Of a stretch of 52,977 nt of DNA, positions 35,265-44,486 are shown in pieces (the stretch's first letter is position 1; the number at the start of each line of letters is the position of its first letter). The translations under genes were made by a program, and so were the position numbers. Where the stretch lies: IMG/VR virus record IMGVR_UViG_3300020438_000057, positions 1 through 52,977 of that record; one strand, written 5' to 3'. Below the pieces are notes generated by a model. It was not told the DNA's origin and did not search any database. It saw nothing but the letters and a program-made list of their open reading frames with translations. Origin of the DNA: a virus. Lineage: Duplodnaviria > Caudoviricetes.

Positions 35265-35747
35265 TTAGTCTCCTTTGTACTTCGAATTAAATTCTTTTAT
35301 AGTTTGTATAGTATTTATATGTCGAATTGCTTTACCTCCAGCGTTGATAAACTCTTTACAGTTCTTATCATGATCGTCTATAAGTAAAGCATCATCATTA
35401 GCATAATCTTTCTTTTGCTCTCTTCTTACCAAATGTATCTTATTTGGTTTTGGTTTTAGATTTCTTGCAATCCAAACTCTTTTACCTCGTTTACAATTAC
35501 TATCCCATTCTGCAAAAGCTGATAATATTCTTACATCAGCACCACCTTTTGTAATGTGTTGCCATAGCTTTTTACCATCAGGCATCCATTCTAATGTGTC
35601 CCAGAAATCTTTCTTTTGATGAATGAGAGCTTTCTTTTCATCTTTCGAAAGTTTTCCAGTCTTATCTGGAAAGGGCTCTCCTGTAACATCTAAAGCACCC
35701 TTTAGAAAATTACATAGAACCATGTCCATGTCACAATAGATTATCAT
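35265..35747 (-). CDS. HAD-family 5'(3')-deoxyribonucleotidase
   Basis: IYCDMDMVL, FWDTLEWMPDG, LLIDD..KN..EF...GG. Confidence 0.85.
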   Translation of the reverse strand: MIIYCDMDMVLCNFLKGALDVTGEPFPDKTGKLSKDEKKALIHQKKDFWDTLEWMPDGKKLWQHITKGGADVRILSAFAEWDSNCKRGKRVWIARNLKPKPNKIHLVRREQKKDYANDDALLIDDHDKNCKEFINAGGKAIRHINTIQTIKEFNSKYKGD

Positions 35748-37135
35748 TACTTACCTTTCATTACCATCTTTGTAGCAGTTGCATACATAACATCTTTTGC
35801 TTTATCACCATATTTGTCTTCAAACTCAGGCATTCTCTTTTTGAGAGACATTACGATTTCTTCTCTCTTCTTTATTTGATCATCTGTCATTTTAGCTTCG
35901 TTCAATGACTTCTGCACATCTTTTAATGTCTTACCTGAACCACCTAAATGTTGTACTGCATACTTTATAAGCTTATCATCGGGCCCACTTAACGTAGCAG
36001 AAGCACCACCAAAAGGACTTGATGCTCCCATCTTTACTTTTATTCCAGCTTTTTCTGCATGTTTCTTACCATCAAAATCTGATACTTTTAACATACCTTC
36101 TTCTATATCAACCTCTTCAGACATTTTTGGATTAGTATCAACTGGTTCTTTTTTACCATTTTTCTTTTCATCTTTAGACATAGCTTTACCAATAGCTTTT
36201 CTTTTCTTATGAAGAAATTTGTCAGAAGAATCCACATCACCATCATTGTCTATATCTTTATCTTTTCTATCTTTAAATTTTTTCTTAGCGGCCTTAGGAT
36301 CAGCTTTATCTAATCCATCACCATCGTCAGATTTATCATTAGATGCATCTTCATCTTTTACATTGTAAGTTTTACCAGCAAAGACAAATTCTTTTTTACC
36401 AGCTTCTTTTGCGGCCAAGACTGCTTGTCCGAAAGCGTTTCCTTCATCTTTTTCTTTTTCGGGTTTTTCACCCTTCTCTTTTTTTGCTATTGCGATTGCG
36501 GCTTGTTGTGCAGGACTTACTGCTTCTGGTTTCTCGCCACTAATTATTTTTGATACAGCATCAACTAAGCTTTTTGATAAGCCAAATCGTTTATCTTCTT
36601 GCATTTTTTCCTCTTCTATGTATAGATTAAATTCAACACCTTCGCCAACAATGTCAGGAATCATTCTAACTGCCGTACCCATTTCTGGGCCAGCTTTCTT
36701 TTTAAGTATTTTTTCTGCGGACTTCTCATCTCTTTTAGAGACATAGACTTTACCATTTTTCCAATGATGATCGATACCTTTCTTGTTTAGTATCTTTGAT
36801 ACCTTGGCTTCATAACCCTCGTCTAAGTGATCAAACTCACCTATTTGTCCTTCTTGAAATAGATCTTCTAGTGTTTTATCTAAGCTTTCTTTTTTCACAT
36901 CATCTTCTATTTCTTTTTCTAAAGTCTTAGCTTGGCCAGCATGAGCATCACTCGCACCTTTAAGTTTCTTTATTATTTTTTTGACAGCAGGCACGTCTTT
37001 ATCATCTAGTGCTTCTTGTACTTCTTGTGATTCTCCACATGTGCATGGCGAGCCATCACCACAAATATCACACTCTTTTTGTTCAGCGATAATTTGTGGT
37101 GTTATTATTTTTCGTATTTCTGATTCAAGGCTCAT
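35747..37135 (-). CDS. K/E-rich modular head/internal protein
   Basis: DDGDGLDKADP...DKDIDNDGDVDSSDKFLHKKRKAI; C-terminal KREEIV..LKK...YATATKM; many (L/I/V)xE junctions. Confidence 0.7.
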   Translation of the reverse strand: MSLESEIRKIITPQIIAEQKECDICGDGSPCTCGESQEVQEALDDKDVPAVKKIIKKLKGASDAHAGQAKTLEKEIEDDVKKESLDKTLEDLFQEGQIGEFDHLDEGYEAKVSKILNKKGIDHHWKNGKVYVSKRDEKSAEKILKKKAGPEMGTAVRMIPDIVGEGVEFNLYIEEEKMQEDKRFGLSKSLVDAVSKIISGEKPEAVSPAQQAAIAIAKKEKGEKPEKEKDEGNAFGQAVLAAKEAGKKEFVFAGKTYNVKDEDASNDKSDDGDGLDKADPKAAKKKFKDRKDKDIDNDGDVDSSDKFLHKKRKAIGKAMSKDEKKNGKKEPVDTNPKMSEEVDIEEGMLKVSDFDGKKHAEKAGIKVKMGASSPFGGASATLSGPDDKLIKYAVQHLGGSGKTLKDVQKSLNEAKMTDDQIKKREEIVMSLKKRMPEFEDKYGDKAKDVMYATATKMVMKGK

Positions 37136-37383
37136 GATGCCGCTCCTACTAATTTCTTAATGTTACTTTTTGACAATTTCTGTTCTATATGTCCAACAAG
37201 CACTTTTCTCATATCTACTGCACGTTGTCTATCTGTAAAAGAATATTCTCTTACATCATCATTATCTATTCGCACTGAAAATATATAAAATGCTCCTTGC
37301 TTAATTACAGGTGATGCAGAACCTTCAGCAATTCTTTGAAGACTAACTCTAACGCCTGTGGATATTTCTACTATGCTACTCAT
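37132..37383 (-). CDS. hypothetical protein
   Basis: AGGAG RBS, operon. Confidence 0.7.
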   Translation of the reverse strand: MSSIVEISTGVRVSLQRIAEGSASPVIKQGAFYIFSVRIDNDDVREYSFTDRQRAVDMRKVLVGHIEQKLSKSNIKKLVGAAS

Positions 37384-37393
37384 CTGTTATCTC

Positions 37394-40300
37394 CTAGTTA
37401 TCTACTTTTGATCCGCCTCGCCACTGATAACAACTCCAGTATCGTGCTTTATATTTTGGGCCAGGATTATCACAATTATGTCTTGCACGAAATGATTTTC
37501 TACGTCCTGGATCATCTCTTTTAATTTCCATATTTGGATCACCAAACCCAACTTTTATTATATTACCCTTTTCATTCTTCACATACACATGAAACTTTTT
37601 CTTACCATCACTAGAACGAATAGGATCATTTAAGGTAACTTTTTTACCTTGATACTCTGCTTCCTCCAGAACGTGATCAAACAAATCTATAGGACAACCA
37701 TCTTCATCTATTTCGACTTCTTCATTCACTGTAGAAGCCATCAAAGACTTGGGTAACTTACCTTTGTTTATTAGTCTATTTATATAATCTTGAATCGGCT
37801 TCACTCTATCGAAACCTCTTTCTCTTGCGATATCAGCTAATATTGAACCATTTGTTCCCTTATGTGGTTCTTTGGCTCTTTTTATATAAGCTTTCATTAT
37901 ATCTGCATACCCTTTCGGGTGAGTTAACCTATGAATTGTAGTCTTAATGAGTTCTGGAACATTAATTCCAGTCATCTCATCTACTCCCTCTTTAACGGAA
38001 TCAAATCCGTCTTTGTTTCTAATTTCTTTAAATTTCTTTTTAAGCTTACCACTAAAATCATCATCAGGATTATAAGCTTGTTTTAATTCTCCTGGCGTAT
38101 CTTTTTTATATTGTGCTAAAAGTTTACTTGTACCTTGTTCTCCTGCACCACCAGTTTCATATATACTCTCTTTCTTTGATTTAGAACCTCTAACTTTTGC
38201 GGCCAGATCTTTGTCAGCTTTACCCCATGTACCACTACTCTTAGTAATAAATGAATTTACTCTAGCAAAAGCCCATTGTTGTTGTGATGCACCGGGACGA
38301 TGTCCAGTTCTCCAAGCGGCCATACCTCTATTATATACTTGTCTTAGTATACCTAAAGGCATTCCAGATTTCTCTGCTTTTTTCTTCAATGCGCCTGTAG
38401 CATCTTCTGTCATATTAGCAGAATGATCTATGGCTTCACCTCTTGCTCTTTCAAAATCTCCTGACTTTGGGGCACCCTTACTTCCGGGTTTTCGCATAGG
38501 ACGGCCTTCTTTTCTTTTTTTATGAATGTTGTGCCAAAGTCCTTTACCCTTTTCATCTAAATTATCTTCTGATTTAAGTTTTCCTGGTTTCTCTCCTCTA
38601 AGTTTTTTGATTGCTATACTCTTAGCAGTTTTTATACCAGCTTTTCTTTTTCGCATAGTATCTAAATCTTTTTCGATACCTGGTTCTTTTCTAAGACTTC
38701 TAGCGAAAGCTGAGTTGCCTGCTCTATCATGTGATTGTTTAGCTTTATCATAATACCTATTAATTTTCTTAGTTGATATTTCATCAATATCTACATCTTC
38801 TTTTCTATTTGTTATTTTGGTATCGGCAGTTCTTGCTCTATCTCTCAATCTATCAAACTTTTTAGCATCAGCTTCTTTTTCTCTTTCTATTGAGGTATTA
38901 ACAGATTTTAAATTAGGCCCTTCACCAAGATTATGTGCTGGTAATTGTCCAATTAATCTATCACCTCTTGTTGTTGACATAGGTTTTCTAAGCTTGACAA
39001 CTTTACCTTGTTTCTTCAATAAATTACCTGTAGGCTTTGCACTATCATTAGCAGATCTTTCACTACTATGCATACTCATAACTTTACCATCTGTATCTAA
39101 AACCATGTGTGTATGTTTAAGTGCTTCACCAAACATATCACGATATCTCTTAGTGTGCTTACTTAGTTTTGTTTTAGCTTTTGAATCTCCTGGATGACTA
39201 TCTGGATATGCTGAAGGATCATCATGGTGTTTATCTGCACCTTTTTTAAATGCCCTATCTCTATCGTCTTTTGTGCTTTTCTTTACACCCTTAAAGTATG
39301 ATTTTGGTTGTGTTCCATCTCTATCTTTAATATCTTTATCTTGAGCAACTTCATATTTTACAATCTGGCTTTGCCTTCCAACTTTTGAAGGTGTTTTCTT
39401 TTTACTTGAAAAATCAGAAAATGGTAAAGTAACTTTTTTCTTTGCAGTTCTATCTGCATGAGAAAGGGCTCTTTGTTGTTGTTTTGACAATTTTCTCATA
39501 TCTTCATCAAGTTCAACTTCTTCTTTATACATATTCAACTCAAATGGTTTTGAACCACCTTTATTGTATACTTGAATTTGTAAGTTACCACCTCTACCTT
39601 TGAGTCTATACGTATTAGTTTTACCTGTTCCTGGCTTCTTAGGGCCAGTTGCTACTTTACTGTCTATTTCACTATCTGGTATTTGAATACCAAATTTCTT
39701 TTTTGCATAGTCGTATGCATGTTGCATAGCATCAGAAAATGTTGAATGGTATAAATCATACTTCTCTTCTATTGCTTCTTTTACTTTCTTACTCTTAGCA
39801 AACGCTTTTCTTATTGTTTTTAAATCTTTGAGATGTGGTGGTAACTTAGTATCTTTATCTTTCTTTGCAGGTTTAAAACCTTTACCAGTCATTTTACCAA
39901 CAGGCACCATAGCTTCTTTAACATTCATTCCTATTTCTTTTCTTAATGCATCTATCTCTTTTTTAATTTCTTTTTGTTTAGGTGAACTAGGAAAGGCTTT
40001 CAATGCTTTATTCTGAAGTTTAAGAAGTTGTGTTCTTTGTGCTGGTGTTCCTTTACCACCAAAAAACTTATCGCTATCATATGCACCTTCTGGTATATAC
40101 TCAGCATTTTCTGCCCCTTTTCTGGCCATTGCTACTCTAGACATTGCATCTTTTCTTACTTTAGGTAGTAGTCTTTGAGCCATCTTAGCTATCACTGATT
40201 TCTTCTTCTGTACTTTCTTATCGATATTCATTTTATCTGATGGAGATAAACTAGCATAATTTGCTCCTTTTTGTCCGCCTAACTTTTTTCGCATAGCCGC

Positions 40301-41107
40301 AATAGCCGCTTTCTTTGCCATCTGAGCGAGTTTACCAGCACTTTTCATTTTTTTAGATGCAATCTTTCTTGCTCTTGCTAGTTTCTTACCAATTCTTTTC
40401 ATTACTCTAGATTTTGCAAGTCTTTGTGTGACATTTAACACTTCGTTAATCTCATAGAGTTTACCCAACTCTACTAAAGCTTGATAATCTTTTTCATCAA
40501 ACTCGGCTTCTTCAAGTGCTTCTTCCACGATTAAATCATCTTCTTCTGTCCATTCGTTCATGATTGCCTCTTTTAAATTCTTACGTACTAAGTTATAGAT
40601 TTTTGTTCTGTCTGCATCCGATAACTTGGATGCAAGTCCTGATTTAAATGTTTTTTCATCACCACTTAAAGCAACACCACGTAACTTAGAACCAGACATA
40701 CCTTCAACGCCTTGAGCGTCCGGATCTCTGTCACCAGATGATACTGTTTTTATGCTATTAAAATTGTAGTCTTTACCATTGTACTTTTGTAGTACTCTAT
40801 CGAACTCGCCTATACGATCAGATCCAACAACCATGATGATGTCTGTGAATCCTTCTTTTTCGATTTCTGGTAATATCTGAAAGATCTGCTTCGATTGGGA
40901 TCTTTGGACGATGCCGAAGGCCTTCTTTGCAAAGCGGAATTTGTCGTTGTATGAGAGGGGATCTTTCTTGGGATTTTGTGTATGAGAGAGGTAGATCCTG
41001 GGATTCGCATTTTCTTTTCTCGCTACTTCTTTTATCTTATTCGCTAGTTTTTCATGCCCAATTGTAGGAGGGTTCATTCTACCAAATGTGAATACTAATT
41101 TTTTCAT
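37394..41107 (-). CDS. large modular late protein with N-terminal nucleotidyltransferase (cytidyltransferase) domain
   Basis: FTFGRMNPPTIGHEKL, VVGSDR, SGDRDPDA..GMSGSKLR; then about 15 short modules; late promoter upstream. Confidence 0.85.
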   Translation of the reverse strand: MKKLVFTFGRMNPPTIGHEKLANKIKEVARKENANPRIYLSHTQNPKKDPLSYNDKFRFAKKAFGIVQRSQSKQIFQILPEIEKEGFTDIIMVVGSDRIGEFDRVLQKYNGKDYNFNSIKTVSSGDRDPDAQGVEGMSGSKLRGVALSGDEKTFKSGLASKLSDADRTKIYNLVRKNLKEAIMNEWTEEDDLIVEEALEEAEFDEKDYQALVELGKLYEINEVLNVTQRLAKSRVMKRIGKKLARARKIASKKMKSAGKLAQMAKKAAIAAMRKKLGGQKGANYASLSPSDKMNIDKKVQKKKSVIAKMAQRLLPKVRKDAMSRVAMARKGAENAEYIPEGAYDSDKFFGGKGTPAQRTQLLKLQNKALKAFPSSPKQKEIKKEIDALRKEIGMNVKEAMVPVGKMTGKGFKPAKKDKDTKLPPHLKDLKTIRKAFAKSKKVKEAIEEKYDLYHSTFSDAMQHAYDYAKKKFGIQIPDSEIDSKVATGPKKPGTGKTNTYRLKGRGGNLQIQVYNKGGSKPFELNMYKEEVELDEDMRKLSKQQQRALSHADRTAKKKVTLPFSDFSSKKKTPSKVGRQSQIVKYEVAQDKDIKDRDGTQPKSYFKGVKKSTKDDRDRAFKKGADKHHDDPSAYPDSHPGDSKAKTKLSKHTKRYRDMFGEALKHTHMVLDTDGKVMSMHSSERSANDSAKPTGNLLKKQGKVVKLRKPMSTTRGDRLIGQLPAHNLGEGPNLKSVNTSIEREKEADAKKFDRLRDRARTADTKITNRKEDVDIDEISTKKINRYYDKAKQSHDRAGNSAFARSLRKEPGIEKDLDTMRKRKAGIKTAKSIAIKKLRGEKPGKLKSEDNLDEKGKGLWHNIHKKRKEGRPMRKPGSKGAPKSGDFERARGEAIDHSANMTEDATGALKKKAEKSGMPLGILRQVYNRGMAAWRTGHRPGASQQQWAFARVNSFITKSSGTWGKADKDLAAKVRGSKSKKESIYETGGAGEQGTSKLLAQYKKDTPGELKQAYNPDDDFSGKLKKKFKEIRNKDGFDSVKEGVDEMTGINVPELIKTTIHRLTHPKGYADIMKAYIKRAKEPHKGTNGSILADIARERGFDRVKPIQDYINRLINKGKLPKSLMASTVNEEVEIDEDGCPIDLFDHVLEEAEYQGKKVTLNDPIRSSDGKKKFHVYVKNEKGNIIKVGFGDPNMEIKRDDPGRRKSFRARHNCDNPGPKYKARYWSCYQWRGGSKVDN

Positions 41108-41146
41108 AGTGTGTTTTCCTTAGACTTAACACTGTTAATTCTGTAG

Positions 41147-41154
41147 TATTTATA
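41147..41154 (-). promoter_or_regulatory. T4-type late promoter
   Basis: TATAAATA about 40 nt upstream of the 1237-aa gene. Confidence 0.75.
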
Positions 41155-41344
41155 CTTTTTCAGAAGTCAATTTTCTCCAAGCTTCTTCGAAACCTTCTTC
41201 TCTATAACCAGTATCTCCATTACTCCATAGTCTTTTAAAGTAACTATCAAAACAAGAAAAAATAACTTCTTCAGAACAATTAAAATGTCCTTTTACCATC
41301 CAAAATATTCTATACTTTTCTTTTCTATCAGGATAATCTGACAT
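41150..41344 (-). CDS. hypothetical protein
   Basis: FWMVKGH...YFKRLW...YREEGFEEAW. Confidence 0.7.
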   Translation of the reverse strand: MSDYPDRKEKYRIFWMVKGHFNCSEEVIFSCFDSYFKRLWSNGDTGYREEGFEEAWRKLTSEKV

Positions 41345-42125
41345 TACACATATCCTTCACAAAATTTTCAAACTCTATTATATCTAGTTGCACATCAGCA
41401 TCACTAGGTGCATCAAACGGATCATTATGAACTTCAGCAAACACTATATCTGCACCTGCGATTAATCCACATTTCATCATCATGTTTGCATATTGACTAT
41501 CACCGCCACTAGTTTTACCATCACGTCCTGGATACTGACAACTATGAGTAGCATCAATACAGACTTTATCATTATTTGCTTTCATAATAGGTATTGAGCG
41601 AAAGTCAACAACTAAGTCATTGTAACCAAATGTAGTTCCTCTCTCAGTTAATATTATTCTTTCGCAACCAAAGCTTTCTAGTTTTGTTGACACGTTTAAC
41701 ATATCAACTGGTGATAGAAACTGTCCTTTCTTCACATTGACTGGACGGCCACTATCAGCGGCCGCTTTCAGTAAATCAGTTTGTCTACACAAGAATGCTG
41801 GTATCTGTATGACATTGACATTGTCCATATTTTTTACTTGCCATGTTTCATGTACATCAGAACATATTTCTATACCAAACTCTTTTTTTATTTTAGCAAA
41901 ATCTTCTAGTGCATTTTCCGCACCTCTAAAGCTATCAGCACTTGTTCTATTCGCTTTATCAAAACTAGTCTTGTATAAAAGATTTACTTTATTATCTACA
42001 CATATAGGTAACATTTTATCTAGCATAAAACATGCATGATCATATCCCTCATAAGCACAAGGGCCAGCAATCAAGTGTCCATTCCACTTATCGTTACCTA
42101 TTCTGCCATACCATCTACTCATCAC
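41328..42125 (-). CDS. kdsA: 3-deoxy-D-manno-octulosonate 8-phosphate synthase
   Basis: LIAGPC, SFDKANRTS, QIPAFLCRQTDLL, VKKGQFL, ERGTTFGYNDLVVD, DATHS. Confidence 0.95.
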   Translation of the reverse strand: MMSRWYGRIGNDKWNGHLIAGPCAYEGYDHACFMLDKMLPICVDNKVNLLYKTSFDKANRTSADSFRGAENALEDFAKIKKEFGIEICSDVHETWQVKNMDNVNVIQIPAFLCRQTDLLKAAADSGRPVNVKKGQFLSPVDMLNVSTKLESFGCERIILTERGTTFGYNDLVVDFRSIPIMKANNDKVCIDATHSCQYPGRDGKTSGGDSQYANMMMKCGLIAGADIVFAEVHNDPFDAPSDADVQLDIIEFENFVKDMCNVRLS

Positions 42126-42471
42126 TTTTTATTTTTCCTACTGTTTCTCTTATTATATCATTGTGATCAAATGTGGCCCAATATAATTCAAATGCTACAC
42201 CACTTTCGATACACTCAAATTGATGATATAATCCTGGTTTTACTTTTGTGTAGTCTCCAGGTTTTAGTATTGTTTCATCGATTAAATCATAGTCTTTCTG
42301 CCACACTGATACCTTCATGATACCAGACTCAACGAAGAAACCATTCCATTTATATTCATGTAAGTGCTTAGAGCAAATACCACCTTTTTTCATTTCTATT
42401 CTATGAAACTCTAAAGCACAATTAGCTTCAACTAATTCAGTTGTTCCCCATATCTTTCCTGCTTTCATCAT
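42115..42471 (-). CDS. cupin-fold protein (sugar isomerase-like)
   Basis: KIWG, CSKHLHEYKWNGFFVESG, VKPGLYHQF. Confidence 0.8.
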   Translation of the reverse strand: MMKAGKIWGTTELVEANCALEFHRIEMKKGGICSKHLHEYKWNGFFVESGIMKVSVWQKDYDLIDETILKPGDYTKVKPGLYHQFECIESGVAFELYWATFDHNDIIRETVGKIKSDE

Positions 42472-42622
42472 TTATCCTTTCAATACAGATATAATTAATA
42501 TTAGGAGTATACATCATTCTACCCTTTGATGCAAGTTCACATTGCCGTTTCCAATTAAATTCTTTTACTTGAATTGTTTTATCAGCTACAACCGTAGCTA
42601 GTATGAATACTATTTCTGCCAT
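42437..42622 (-). CDS. hypothetical small protein
   Basis: Operon overlap. Confidence 0.55.
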   Translation of the reverse strand: MAEIVFILATVVADKTIQVKEFNWKRQCELASKGRMMYTPNINYICIERINDESRKDMGNN

Positions 42623-43836
42623 CCTTTTTTAATCTTATCAGAGAAATTGGCCTTACTAAATTCCATTCTATCTACTAGCTTTACTGCATTTTTACCAAGT
42701 TTATCTATAGCAACATAGCCTTCTTGTCCAGTTACTTTGAAACCATCTTCTGTTGATAAAAATGTTTTAAGTTGTGCGGTTTTATTCATTTGCTTAATTA
42801 ACATTAACTTAGCATCCACGAAATGATTCATTAATGTTAGTATATTTGATAACTGACTTTTATTTGTCTTAGAAAAAAATCTCATTACATCTTGTTTTCT
42901 AAGGTTAACGGCATCTTTACCCTTTTCAGATTTTCTTTTATCTGTTTCGCCTTTAAAGAAATTATGAAAATAATCAATCATTTCATCTACAGTTTTTCTA
43001 ACATTAGTAATCTTTTTACCAGCACGAACTTTTGTATTTAAAAATGTTTTCATTCTCATTAGTAGTTCATCATTTTCAGATATACCATTTAAAGTAGAAG
43101 GATTTAGTTTTTGAAATACTTTACCAGCATCAGATAATATTTTAGTAACTTGATCAGTTTCTTTTTTAGTCATCGTTGCAGAACCAGATGTATCTTGATA
43201 AAGTGCATCAACACTCCATACACCTTGAGCCTTTACATCATCAGCAATCTTGACACCAAACTCGGCATTCATATTTTCGAAATTTTTACCTTTGTATCGT
43301 GTATGCCACACTATACCAATTTGAGAAGACATAACTTCATTCACTAATGGTGAACTATAAGGAATTGCATATACAATTGTATTTGGGTGAAACGTCAAAT
43401 ATTTACCATCTTCAAATCTTCTAGAAGATATATCTGCTTTAGAGAATAAAAAATCACCTTGAATGACATCTTTGATATTAGCATTTTGAAGTAAAGTGAA
43501 AGCAGTAGCTAACTTGTTTGCTAAATCACCAGAAGTGTCGGCATGAACTTCTTCTATAGATTTATATACTTTTGGATTTTTATTAAAGATACCTTTTTTA
43601 GCAACAAAAAATTTACTATCAGATGGATCAGTACCACAAAATATAGCAGGAGCTCCATCCCATTTAACAGATATATTTACACTTGATGTAGAACTACCTG
43701 CAAGCATATCTCTTATTGCTCTTAAAAAATTCAATGACTCTCTTGCACCATTTACACCACCATTGAGTATATTATCTTCAATATGCTCCATGTGTGTATT
43801 CTTAGCTTCTGCTAAAAATGAAGTAAAACCTTTCAT
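42610..43836 (-). CDS. conserved T4-like late protein (DUF6267-like) with capsid-targeting-like N-terminus
   Basis: MKGFTSFLAE|AKNTHMEHIED, VKWDGAPA, QGDFLF, EGYV, KLVDRMEFS; late promoter upstream. Confidence 0.75.
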   Translation of the reverse strand: MKGFTSFLAEAKNTHMEHIEDNILNGGVNGARESLNFLRAIRDMLAGSSTSSVNISVKWDGAPAIFCGTDPSDSKFFVAKKGIFNKNPKVYKSIEEVHADTSGDLANKLATAFTLLQNANIKDVIQGDFLFSKADISSRRFEDGKYLTFHPNTIVYAIPYSSPLVNEVMSSQIGIVWHTRYKGKNFENMNAEFGVKIADDVKAQGVWSVDALYQDTSGSATMTKKETDQVTKILSDAGKVFQKLNPSTLNGISENDELLMRMKTFLNTKVRAGKKITNVRKTVDEMIDYFHNFFKGETDKRKSEKGKDAVNLRKQDVMRFFSKTNKSQLSNILTLMNHFVDAKLMLIKQMNKTAQLKTFLSTEDGFKVTGQEGYVAIDKLGKNAVKLVDRMEFSKANFSDKIKKGWQK

Positions 43837-43863
43837 AACTAAACCTTTCGTTTATTAGACTAC

Positions 43864-43871
43864 TATTTATA
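43864..43871 (-). promoter_or_regulatory. T4-type late promoter
   Basis: TATAAATA upstream of 42610..43836. Confidence 0.75.
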
Positions 43872-44082
43872 ATGACTTCTTCTGGCCAATTTTAACGTAC
43901 TCTTCAGCAACTTTTCTTACTTCATCATAACTTCTTCTTGTTAAGAAAGCAGTTCTTAAAGGTTTACCATACTTATCATCTAGTATTTCTGCATGATACA
44001 TACTAGGTACTGCTGGCACTTCTTTACCACCCAGTTGTTTTGATAGTTGATATCTACCAGCATATATTTTATATTCTCTCAT
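43867..44082 (-). CDS. hypothetical protein
   Basis: Operon overlap. Confidence 0.65.
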   Translation of the reverse strand: MREYKIYAGRYQLSKQLGGKEVPAVPSMYHAEILDDKYGKPLRTAFLTRRSYDEVRKVAEEYVKIGQKKSL

Positions 44083-44372
44083 TATCGCCTCATGTTTGCT
44101 TGATCAATAGCATCATTGCTATCTTTTCTAATTGGTACTGCATTAGATTTATGTAGTGTTCCTATACCAAGCAACTCATCGCCAGTATAAGTACCATACT
44201 TTTTTGCCAAACCATTACCGATTTTATTTGTTGTTGATGCAGTTTTCTTAACAGATAAATCTGGAAAATCATATCTAAATTTCTTTTTTGGTTTGGTATA
44301 ACCTGTCTTTACTAACAAGTCATTTAATAATTTCTTTTCACGTTCTATTGCTTTTTTATTTCTTACAATCAT
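44082..44372 (-). CDS. conserved hypothetical protein
   Basis: YTGDELLGIGTLHKSNAVPI...MRR. Confidence 0.75.
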   Translation of the reverse strand: MIVRNKKAIEREKKLLNDLLVKTGYTKPKKKFRYDFPDLSVKKTASTTNKIGNGLAKKYGTYTGDELLGIGTLHKSNAVPIRKDSNDAIDQANMRR

Positions 44373-44383
44373 ATTATACCTAT

Positions 44384-44423
44384 AAAAAAGGGAGGGATAT
44401 TGATCAATGTCAGCGTCCCTCCC
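44384..44423 (-). terminator. Rho-independent terminator
   Basis: GGGAGGGA...TCCCTCCC stem followed by T6. Confidence 0.85.
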
Positions 44424-44480
44424 ATAACCGAGCTAGTGAGAAAGTGAGAGAGAGGTTGCTCGGTTTACCTAACTCATATG
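44384..44480 (-). ncRNA. candidate two-hairpin sRNA with CU-rich anti-RBS loop
   Basis: AACCGAGC-[AACCTCTCTCTCACTTTCTCACTA]-GCTCGGTT then terminator hairpin. Confidence 0.55.
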
Positions 44481-44486
44481 TACTTA

